From a plasmid, in the NCBI RefSeq assembly GCF_055900595.2, contig NZ_JBVWEU010000004.1: 41,714 bases of DNA. One strand, written 5' to 3'. The position numbers and the translations under genes are program-made. Shown here one piece after another: positions 33,805 through 41,714 of this stretch (the stretch's first letter is position 1; every line of letters starts with the position of its first letter). Under the pieces are notes generated by a model, which ran no database searches, was not told the DNA's origin, and saw only the letters and a program-made list of their open reading frames with translations.

Positions 33805-34062
33805 TCAGTCCACTTGCGGTTTCATTGTTACTTTGTCATAGCGTCGTGTCAGAATGCGGCAGAGAACAGCGTTTACTATCAACGCAACACCAGACCAGAA
33901 AAACCATGTATTAACACCTATAACCTCAACAACCGGACCTGCAACAAGTAAGCCTATCGGCATAGAAAGAGTCATGGCGGTCATCAAAAGGGAAAACACC
34001 TTGCCCATCATTTCAGGGGCAATGCTTTCTTGAACATAAGCCATAACAGGAACATTCATAAA
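33805..34062 (-). pseudogene. mefB: 3' remnant of the macrolide efflux MFS gene mef(B), truncated by IS26
   Basis: MFS C-terminal TM segments. The reading frame runs into the IS26 IR. Confidence 0.6.
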
Positions 34063-34884
34063 TGGGCACTGTTGCAAAGTTAGCGATGAGGCAGCCTTTT
34101 GTCTTATTCAAAGGCCTTACATTTCAAAAACTCTGCTTACCAGGCGCATTTCGCCCAGGGGATCACCATAATAAAATGCTGAGGCCTGGCCTTTGCGTAG
34201 TGCACGCATCACCTCAATACCTTTGATGGTGGCGTAAGCCGTCTTCATGGATTTAAATCCCAGCGTGGCGCCGATTATCCGTTTCAGTTTGCCATGATCG
34301 CATTCAATCACGTTGTTCCGGTACTTAATCTGTCGGTGTTCAACGTCAGACGGGCACCGGCCTTCGCGTTTGAGCAGAGCAAGCGCGCGACCATAGGCGG
34401 GCGCTTTATCCGTGTTGATGAATCGCGGGATCTGCCACTTCTTCACGTTGTTGAGGATTTTACCCAGAAACCGGTATGCAGCTTTGCTGTTACGACGGGA
34501 GGAGAGATAAAAATCGACAGTGCGGCCCCGGCTGTCGACGGCCCGGTACAGATACGCCCAGCGGCCATTGACCTTCACGTAGGTTTCATCCATGTGCCAC
34601 GGGCAAAGATCGGAAGGGTTACGCCAGTACCAGCGCAGCCGTTTTTCCATTTCAGGCGCATAACGCTGAACCCAGCGGTAAATCGTGGAGTGATCGACAT
34701 TCACTCCGCGTTCAGCCAGCATCTCCTGCAGCTCACGGTAACTGATGCCGTATTTGCAGTACCAGCGTACGGCCCACAGAATGATGTCACGCTGAAAATG
34801 CCGGCCTTTGAATGGGTTCATGTGCAGCTCCATCAGCAAAAGGGGATGATAAGTTTATCACCACCGACTATTTGCAACAGTGCC
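34063..34884 (-). mobile_element. IS26: IS26
   Basis: 14-bp IRs GGCACTGTTGCAAA at both ends. tnp26 lies at 34117-34821 (234 aa from MNPFKGRHFQRDIILWAVRWY). Confidence 0.92.
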
Positions 34885-36572
34885 ATAACGACTGCGTTTG
34901 CGAATGATCCTGTGCCCCAGAAAGATAAAGCCGTCATTAACATGGGTGATTTTAGTCTTATCCATGTTCAGCCTGAGTTTCAGACTGCCTTCGAGCACAC
35001 CCCGACACTCCTCCCTGATGGCTTCCGCCTGTGCTTTGGTGCCTTTGACGATGGGGACAAAATCATCGGCATAGCGGCAGTACGCCACCGCGGGTTTCCA
35101 CTGCCAGTTTTCTCTGACCGCCGTACTTCGGCCCCGTTGGATACTGTTATTCCAGTACCACCGATCTTTTCTGGCTTTCCCGCTCAGGTAGCGCTCATGC
35201 AGGTATTGATCGAACTCATTCAGCATGATGTTCGATAATAGCGGCGATATAACACCGCCCTGTGGCACACCTTCACTGGCCGCCCGAAAGAGACCGACAT
35301 CGATATGTCCCGCCTTGATGGTTTTCCACAGCAGAGTCATGAAACGTGCGTCACTGATCCTGCGGCGTACAGCCTTCATCAGCAGTCGATGATGTACGGT
35401 GTCGAAGTAACTGGACAGGTCGCCTTCAATCACCCAGCGTCCCCGGGTTTCACCGCAGTCTGTGAGCTGTAATTTCACCGTGCGGATCGCGTGGTGGACA
35501 CTGCGCTCAGGCCGGAAGCCATATGAGAGCGTATGAAAATCACTCTCCCATATCGGCTCCATCGCCATCAGCATGGCCCGCTGAACAATACGATCCCGCA
35601 ACGCGGGGATACCCAGTGGTCGCAGTTTGCCGTTGCTTTTAGGGATGTAAACCCGTCTGGCGGGCAAGGGCTGGTAGTGGCCTGAGAGTAATTCATCCCT
35701 GAGGATTTGCAGCTCAACAGCCAGTCTGGCCTGTAGCATTGTTTTGTTCACGCCATCAACGCCGGGGGTATGCGCCCCCTTTGATGAAAGCGTGATCCGC
35801 GCCGCTTCAGCCAGCCATTCTGGTTGTGTTATCAGACGCAGCAGCCGTTGAATCCGTAGGGACGGATCGGTGGCTGCCCATGTGGCAAGCTTGCGTTGCA
35901 TTTCGCTGATTATCAAAGGTCTTCACCTCGTTAGGTCAGTTAATTCACGTCGCAAACACATTCAAACTGCTTCCCTTCGCCATGTAATGGGCTTTCCCCA
36001 TCGCGGACTACTACGGAAGCTCCGCCAGCCAGCGCGTCATCGGAGCCATGCCCCCTTAACATCCGTCGCTGACCTTCCCCGGTTTACCTGCCTGGACTCA
36101 GGCATACTGAGGAGGCTGCCCGTCGCACTCTTTATCCTTGCTTGCCGCAAGTTGGCAGAAGTCAGCAACGCAAGCGTGATAGACGCTGCTGCCCCGGTGT
36201 TTCGCATACATGTCAAAACACCTTCGACCGGCAGTGCTTACGTATCACTGCCAGTTCCTCCTGCACGGCCTGTCAGATCACGTAGGCCGTGGTGACGTTT
36301 TCAACCCACAGAGGCGGATTAACGGGTTCATGTTCTTCAGCCTTTCAGTACTTAACCTTGAGGATCATCTCGGCTTAGTGATCTCGCCTCAATCCCCGTT
36401 GTCAGCGGGTTACATCACCCTGCGGGCATGCCGCAGGTCACTGCCGCTCAGGTTCTCCACCGTCACACCCGGTGGGATTGTTGGGTTTCTCATCGTGAGT
36501 TACCGGTTCAATATTCCAGACAGACTCGCGGTTCATTTAAGCATCCATGCCCGCCCTGAACTCCGGGCACAC
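34885..36572 (-). mobile_element. 5' 1.7 kb of a second, different group II intron, truncated by IS26. Its reverse-transcriptase ORF (about 35910 down to 34885) loses its C-terminus.
   Basis: RT motifs (...YADDFV...). The inferred intron 5' end, GTGTGCCCGG on the minus strand, lies at 36572. Confidence 0.75.
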
Positions 36573-37317
36573 TGTAGGTGATGTCGGTGACCCACACCTG
36601 ATTGGGCTTCACTACAGTAAATTCACGCCGCACGTGATTAGGCGCTATCAGTGACGGTCGTCCCCGGCTCCCGCGTGGCACTTTATAACCATGTATAGCC
36701 TGAATCCTGTTTTTCCTCATGATTTTGGCAACCCGGTTTCTGCTGCACACTTCGCCAATTTCGCGAAGATCGCCATGAACCCTGCGATAACCGTAAACTC
36801 CACCACTCAGCGTATAGGAGTCGCGGATGAGTTCCAGCAGTCGCTGGTTATCCTTTTCTCCGGCAGATACAGGGTTATGGAGCCAGACATAAAATCCGGC
36901 ACGGGCAACCTTAAGGACCCGACACATTGTAACGATCGACCAGATTTCACGGTGATCGTTGATAAAGCGATACTTCAGTCGGGCTCCCTTGCAAAGTACC
37001 GCGCTGCCTTTTTCAGAATATCCCGCTCTTCCTCAGTGCGTTTAAGCTGTGCTTTCAGCCTGAGAATTTCTGTTCTGGCATCCAGTAAATCCTGTGCCTG
37101 CTGTCCACTGTTGTCAGGCTTAACAGCCCGGAGCCATTTATATAGGCTGTGCGCCGACACGCCGAGCCGTTCAGATACTTCAGCAATAGAATAGCCCCGC
37201 TCGGTGATCTGGCGGACGGCCTCTTCCTTAAATTCAGGGGTAAAACGTGATGTGCCCATAGACTCCTCCTATGCTCAAACTATAGGGCAGATTTGTCTAC
37301 GGGCTCGGGGTCACTCC
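36573..37317 (-). mobile_element. 5' part of an IS3-family insertion sequence, interrupted by the group II intron: orfA at 36975-37259 and the orfB N-terminus at 36573-36990
   Basis: OrfA has an HTH (MGTSRFTPEFKEEAVRQI...). OrfB' contains ...KPNQVWVTDITY. Confidence 0.8.
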
Positions 37318-37357
37318 AACTATAGGGCAGATTTGTCTACGGGCTCGGGGTCACTCC
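37277..37357. repeat. Tandem duplication (2 x 40 bp) of the IS3-family terminal IR
   Basis: ACTATAGGGCAGATTTGTCTACGGGCTCGGGGTCACTCCA occurs twice, head-to-tail. Confidence 0.85.
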
Positions 37358-37361
37358 ATTA

Positions 37362-37460
37362 AGTGATAACAGGTGTCTGGAAATATAGGGGCAAATCCAG
37401 TCGGGAGGATGCGTGATCTGATCCTTCAACTCAGCAAAAGTTCGATTTATTCAACAAAGC
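37362..37460 (-). mobile_element. About 100-bp terminal remnant of an IS903-like (IS5 family) element
   Basis: Minus strand begins GGGCTTTGTTGAATAAATCGAACTTTTGCTGAGTTGAAGGATCAGATCACGCATC, then diverges from IS903. Confidence 0.7.
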
Positions 37461-37502
37461 CCATTCATGTCTGTCGTCTCCGTCACGGAAATTATTACGG
37501 GA

Positions 37503-37919
37503 TTATTTCACCCAGTCTTCCAGCACCAGGCCCGGGACCCGCGCAAACTCTCTCACATTGTTCGTCACCAGGATGGCGCCCGCCGCGATGGCGTGCCCGG
37601 CAATGGCCGTGTCATTCGGGCCGATCGGCGTCCCGGCTAGGCGCAGCGCCACCCGGATGTCCGTCGTGGCGTCCACCGCGGCGCGGTCCCAGGGCAGGAC
37701 GGCATCGAGGCGCGCGCAGAACGCGTCGACCAGCTGAATATGGCGCGGCGAGGCCTTCGGGCCGGTGGCGCCGAAGCGCATCTCGGCATATGTCACGGCC
37801 GAGACCACGATGCGATCACCGCGCAGCACCGCCTGCTCCAGGCGCTTCAGCACCGCTGCCGGCTGCTCGCGCATGATGAACGAGCAGATGTTAGTATCGA
37901 GCATCCAGGTTTTCTTCAT
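37503..37919 (-). CDS. vapC: PIN-domain toxin VapC
   Basis: 138 aa, MLDTNICSF... with acidic PIN residues. It overlaps vapB by 4 nt. Confidence 0.88.
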   Translation of the reverse strand: MKKTWMLDTNICSFIMREQPAAVLKRLEQAVLRGDRIVVSAVTYAEMRFGATGPKASPRHIQLVDAFCARLDAVLPWDRAAVDATTDIRVALRLAGTPIGPNDTAIAGHAIAAGAILVTNNVREFARVPGLVLEDWVK

Positions 37920-38146
37920 GGCTCAAAACGTCCTTCATCGCTGACCACATCCTCACGCTCCGCCATAAAGTCCGGATCGGCCCTGTCCAGCTGCGCGAAC
38001 GAGCCCCAGGTCGGCCGGACGGGACGCAGAATGATGCTGTCCCCTTCCCGGACGATCTCCAGCTCGCTGACGCCGTCAAAATCCAGGTCCCGGGGCAGAC
38101 GGATGGCGCGGTTATTGCCGTTTTTAAATATCGAAACTGTGCGCAT
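37916..38146 (-). CDS. vapB: VapB antitoxin (AbrB/SpoVT-type)
   Basis: 76 aa, MRTVSIFKNGNNRAIRLPRDL... Inverted repeats ATAGGTGTTACATAT / ATATGTTACACCTAT lie upstream at about 38225-38305. Confidence 0.85.
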   Translation of the reverse strand: MRTVSIFKNGNNRAIRLPRDLDFDGVSELEIVREGDSIILRPVRPTWGSFAQLDRADPDFMAEREDVVSDEGRFEP

Positions 38147-38719
38147 GGTTTTTCCTCATATGCTGAGTGTGCCAGGGAGTATTCCCGCATAGGTGAAGTA
38201 TATGCCTGCAAGCCCGGCTTGTATAGGTGTTACATATGCAGATGGTAGGTATATGCGTATGCTTTGCCTATGCAGATGCCCGGCATATGGATATGTTACA
38301 CCTATGTTGGTTTCTCACTTTTCCCGCTCAGATCCGAAAAAAGGCAGTTCCGGATCTGATTCAGCCCCGCCGGCGCGCAGCGGCCCGGAAACACAAGATG
38401 TAGCGGTGTTTCCAGCTGTCAGTGACCATATATGTTGTGTCCCTCCCCTGCCCCGTGACCGGCCGCTCACCACCCTGAAAGGGCGCTGTGGTTATTCCGT
38501 GTGCGTGGTACACTTCCGGAAACTGTGGAATAACATAAAAGTCGGATCCGGCCAGAGCGGCCGTCAGGTAATTTAATTACGTTGTTATATGGCTGCTTAT
38601 TATTTTAGTATGTGAAAATCACTCTAGTGAAAGTCACTGTCACGACAGAGTGGCACTCATCTGACGATGATTGAGGTGTGGTAAAATTGCACGGCTAACT
38701 ATTCAACTGAGGAAAGGAC

Positions 38720-39070
38720 ATGTTTACTGCATTCAATGAGAGAAATGATTTCAGTTATGCTTTTGAAAAAATCCGTAATGCGATTTCCGCGCCAGGAGAA
38801 AATAATCTTTATGCTGCAACAGAATTAGGTCTTGGCATTCTGCTCCGTAAATACGAGCAGTTTCGCCAGGAACTGGATGCGGCCGGTGAGCTGGGAAACT
38901 GGGAATATGATCTCGATACCTACAATCACTGTATTGCGGTGCTGCAACGTTACTTCACCGGCAATCCATCCGGACTGACAGAACGTGATGCCCGGATTTA
39001 CAGCCATTACCTGCAGACTGAGCACAAAAGGTTTGTGAAACTGGCTGAAGAGCTGGCTGCCGGCCGCTGA
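38720..39070 (+). CDS. Hypothetical soluble protein (116 aa), first gene of an uncharacterised operon
   Basis: RBS GAGGAAAGG. No recognisable motif. Confidence 0.5.
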   Translation: MFTAFNERNDFSYAFEKIRNAISAPGENNLYAATELGLGILLRKYEQFRQELDAAGELGNWEYDLDTYNHCIAVLQRYFTGNPSGLTERDARIYSHYLQTEHKRFVKLAEELAAGR

Positions 39071-39120
39071 CTACGGACAGAGGGCGGGATTTCTCAGGAA
39101 TATAAAGGGGTAAATGATCA

Positions 39121-39864
39121 ATGACTGATATACAGGCCGCAACTGAGAGTATAGTTGCTGCGACATCCCATCCGGTTTCCGTACAGCTGATTAATCAAGG
39201 GGCGGGGATCTGGGGAAACGTGGCAACCGGGCTTATCACTGGCCTGCTTACTGGGGGTATAACACTCACTGGCATCTGGCTGACACATTATTTCACGCTT
39301 AAGCGTGAGAGACAGGCGTCAGAAGATAAAATGAAAAAGGAACTGCATTACATTGCCACCGAGTTGGTATTCATGCTTGAACGGTATGCTGAGGGTTGTT
39401 TCCGGGTTGTGACGGATGACGGCCAGGATGATGATGCCCCCCAGCCTGAGAGAAAAGCTGTCACGAATTACCCTGAACTGAATCTGATCGATGTCTCCGG
39501 TGACTGGCGGACTTTAGAGCCACGTCTTATGTATCGCATCCGTGAACTGCCGGTGCTCCAGGATGAGGCCCACAGGGCAATTGCATATGCCGCCGAATAC
39601 TCCGACCCTCCTTGGCATAAGGACTATTTCAGGGAACGGCAGTATCAGTTCACGCGCTTGGGCATCAACGCTGTCATTCTTGCCGTCCGTCTGCGCAAGG
39701 CAACCGGGATGCCCGAAACACGTCTTACAGGTCATGATGAATGGTCTGCAGTTTCCGTGTTTCGTAAAGTCTGGAGGCGCGAAAGAGCCCTGCGCGCTGC
39801 TGAAGCTACCCGCAACAGGGAGTGGAATCAATTAGTGATACCTGATGGAATGTCAAACCAATGA
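39121..39864 (+). CDS. Hypothetical membrane-anchored protein (247 aa)
   Basis: RBS AAGGGG. An N-terminal hydrophobic segment (IWGNVATGLITGLLTGGITLTGIWLTHYF) is followed by a roughly 180-aa soluble domain. Its stop overlaps the start of the next gene (ATGA). Confidence 0.5.
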   Translation: MTDIQAATESIVAATSHPVSVQLINQGAGIWGNVATGLITGLLTGGITLTGIWLTHYFTLKRERQASEDKMKKELHYIATELVFMLERYAEGCFRVVTDDGQDDDAPQPERKAVTNYPELNLIDVSGDWRTLEPRLMYRIRELPVLQDEAHRAIAYAAEYSDPPWHKDYFRERQYQFTRLGINAVILAVRLRKATGMPETRLTGHDEWSAVSVFRKVWRRERALRAAEATRNREWNQLVIPDGMSNQ

Positions 39865-40637
39865 GCGGCCTCTTATCATATTCTCACCCGCAGCAGCCGG
39901 CGCAAATGCCGGTGGCCATTGACTATCCCGCCGCGCTGGCCCTGCGCCAGATGGCGCTCGTTCAAGATGAACTACCGAAATACCTGCTGGCACCGGAAGT
40001 CAGCGCCCTGCTCCATTATGTGCCCGATTTGCACCGCAAGATGCTGCTGGCAACCCTCTGGAACACCGGCGCACGTATCAACGAGGCGCTGGCGCTGACC
40101 CGGGGGGATTTTTCGCTGGTGCCACCGTATCCGTTCGTGCAGCTGGCCACGCTTAAGCAGCGCACCGAAAAAGCGGCCAGGACAGCCGGCCGAGCTCCCG
40201 CCGGTAGCCAGGCTCATCGTCTGGTTCCGCTTTCCGATCACCACTACGTCAGCCAGCTGCAGATGATGGTGGCCACCCTGAAAATTCCGCTGGAAAGACG
40301 CAACAAGCGTACCGGCAGAACAGAGAAAGCCCGCATCTGGGACATCACCGACCGGACAGTACGGACCTGGATTGGCGAAGCGGTTGAAGCGGCCGCCGTC
40401 GACGGGGTGACATTCTCGGTGCCGGTCACCCCGCATACGTTCCGCCACTCCTACGCGATGCATATGCTGTATGCCGGCATACCACTGAAGGTTTTGCAGA
40501 GCCTGATGGGCCACAAATCGATTAGCTCGACGGAAGTCTATACGAAGGTGTTCGCACTTGATGTTGCTGCGCGGCATCGAGTTCAGTTTCAGATGCCCGA
40601 AGCGGATGCGGTAGCCATGCTGAAAGGGAATATTTAA
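39861..40637 (+). CDS. resD: Tyrosine site-specific recombinase (F-plasmid ResD-like)
   Basis: 258 aa with C-terminal catalytic signature HTFRHSYAMHML...LMGHKSISSTEVYTKV (R/H-x-x-R...H...Y). It sits just upstream of the ori2-like origin, as resD does in F. Confidence 0.75.
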   Translation: MSGLLSYSHPQQPAQMPVAIDYPAALALRQMALVQDELPKYLLAPEVSALLHYVPDLHRKMLLATLWNTGARINEALALTRGDFSLVPPYPFVQLATLKQRTEKAARTAGRAPAGSQAHRLVPLSDHHYVSQLQMMVATLKIPLERRNKRTGRTEKARIWDITDRTVRTWIGEAVEAAAVDGVTFSVPVTPHTFRHSYAMHMLYAGIPLKVLQSLMGHKSISSTEVYTKVFALDVAARHRVQFQMPEADAVAMLKGNI

Positions 40638-40694
40638 GTACTTAGGAGAATGATGCTGGCGAACGTCCTGCTCGCCGGGGAGGTCTGTCAGACG

Positions 40695-40952
40695 TTATCT
40701 GGACCAGCTGACGGGAATATCTGCTCTGTATTCTTCATACTGCTCATAGATCGCATGCTGAAGCATCGTAATACGTTCTGACAACCTGTTGGCGTCCGAC
40801 ATATGCCGCCATTCCCCCTCAATAGTGGTTTTCTGTCCATCCGGGAGATTGAGCGTGATCAATACCTTTGTATCACGAATAATCACCCCGTCAGTGAAAG
40901 AATTAAGACCACTCCTTACGGTATTATCTATCTGTATAGTTTCAAGTTTCAT
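40695..40952 (-). CDS. Hypothetical small protein (85 aa from MKLETI)
   Basis: ORF convergent with resD. No recognisable motif. Confidence 0.35.
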   Translation of the reverse strand: MKLETIQIDNTVRSGLNSFTDGVIIRDTKVLITLNLPDGQKTTIEGEWRHMSDANRLSERITMLQHAIYEQYEEYRADIPVSWSR

Positions 40953-41459
40953 CTTGTTACCTCCTGTTGACCGGATCCCAAGCATAGATATCTGAATTCA
41001 AATTGCCTAGTGAAATGTCTGGATATGCCGCATTTTTCCCCTTATACAGCGAAGCTGGCCAAAGGCCAGCCCGCTTGGATTTATCGCTTTTGCCAGTAAA
41101 TCAGCATGGCAAGGAACAGGATTGTTGCCCCCTGAGAAGCGGTCAGGAAAGTTTCCAGCAATGACATTATCGTAAAACTCCGCATTATTCAGGTGTGTGA
41201 TTCAGGGGCCTTAGTCCCCCTTTTACAGGACGTAGTGTTCTGTCACGACGGAAGCCAGGGTTAATAAAAACGATTCGAATATGTCTGCAGGGACGATAGA
41301 AATCTTCGTGCGGGTTGTCTCGCTGTAGCCGGCTCTGGAGAGCGACTCGGGGGAGGAGTAGTATCTTCCGGCCACGGATATGATCGAGCCAGCAGTGCTC
41401 GCCGCAGTCGAGCGACAGGGCGAAGCCCCGAGTGAGCGAGGAAGCACCAGGGAACAAAA

Positions 41460-41714
41460 CTTATAAATTCTGCTTACGCTCAATGCCTGAAAAATCACCT
41501 CCCCTCGGGGTTATCCACTTATCCACGGGCATATTTTTATAAAGTACTTTTTTATTCTTTTTCTTTATTTTACATCTTTTAGGGAGCCTGAAAGCCGCGT
41601 ACAGTGCGGCCTGAGAGGGGGCCTGTATGGGCAACTGGTAAACATAATATGGGAAATTAATCACGTATCAGTGGGTTTTGTGTCAACAAGCTATGGGATA
41701 TGCATCAACAAGCT
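41460..41714 (+). promoter_or_regulatory. ori2: Start of an F ori2 (RepFIA/repE-type) origin region: two DnaA boxes, an AT-rich stretch, and the first incB-like iterons at the window edge
   Basis: TTATCCACTTATCCACG at 41511-41527. The preceding 100 bp resemble the mini-F sequence upstream of ori2. TCAACAAGCT repeats begin at 41680. Confidence 0.65.

Noticed and set aside
36210-36581. 123-aa plus-strand ORF within the second group II intron fragment
   Set aside because: Antisense to the intron RNA (the intron is on the minus strand) and lies in domain I. Artefact.
38193-38576. 127-aa plus-strand ORF in the vapB upstream region
   Set aside because: No RBS. It overlaps the vapB operator palindromes and has a cysteine/arginine-rich low-complexity composition. 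It is more likely non-coding regulatory DNA.
41185-41664. Three minus-strand ORFs (67-91 aa) just before the DnaA boxes
   Set aside because: The region matches the conserved non-coding sequence upstream of F ori2 and contains the DnaA boxes and an AT-rich tract. No RBS.

Overview
This window is a mosaic, multi-replicon IncF-type resistance plasmid segment from Enterobacteriaceae. All calls below rest on reading the translated ORFs and recognisable DNA motifs; no database search was run.

Backbone, left to right:
- A Rep_3 (RepFIB-like) initiator gene, partial at the window edge, followed by eleven 36-bp iterons.
- A P1-type parA-parB operon with a parS centromere.
- umuDC (minus strand) with a LexA box. 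A group II intron on the plus strand abuts that box; its reverse-transcriptase ORF carries an in-frame TAG.
- IS1, which truncates a second, diverged Rep_3 gene that still keeps ten 37-bp iterons.
- A full IS903-family element, a small HTH protein with an 11-bp-phased direct-repeat array, then a partial IS903 copy.

Resistance island (about 11.98-34.9 kb):
- Tn1721-type tet(A) module: IR, delta-tnpA, pecM, tetA, tetR, internal IR.
- The adjacent Tn1721-type tnpA is split by a complete Tn3/Tn2 (blaTEM-1) with a 5-bp TTGTT target duplication.
- Tn21-subfamily tnpR/res and a urf2 remnant join to a sul3-type class 1 integron: intI1 with a strong Pc promoter (PcS), dfrA12-gcuF-aadA2-qacH cassettes, delta-IS440, sul3, an SDR oxidoreductase gene and delta-mef(B).
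- IS26 ends the island and truncates a second group II intron, which itself sits inside an IS3-family element.

Right-hand backbone:
- An IS903-like end remnant and vapBC.
- An uncharacterised three-gene operon: a 116-aa protein, a 247-aa membrane protein and a ResD-like tyrosine recombinase, translationally coupled.
- The start of an F ori2/RepFIA-type origin with DnaA boxes.

The most interesting unexplained items are the operon sitting where F carries ccdAB, and the StbA/ParR-like centromere-type module between the IS903 copies.
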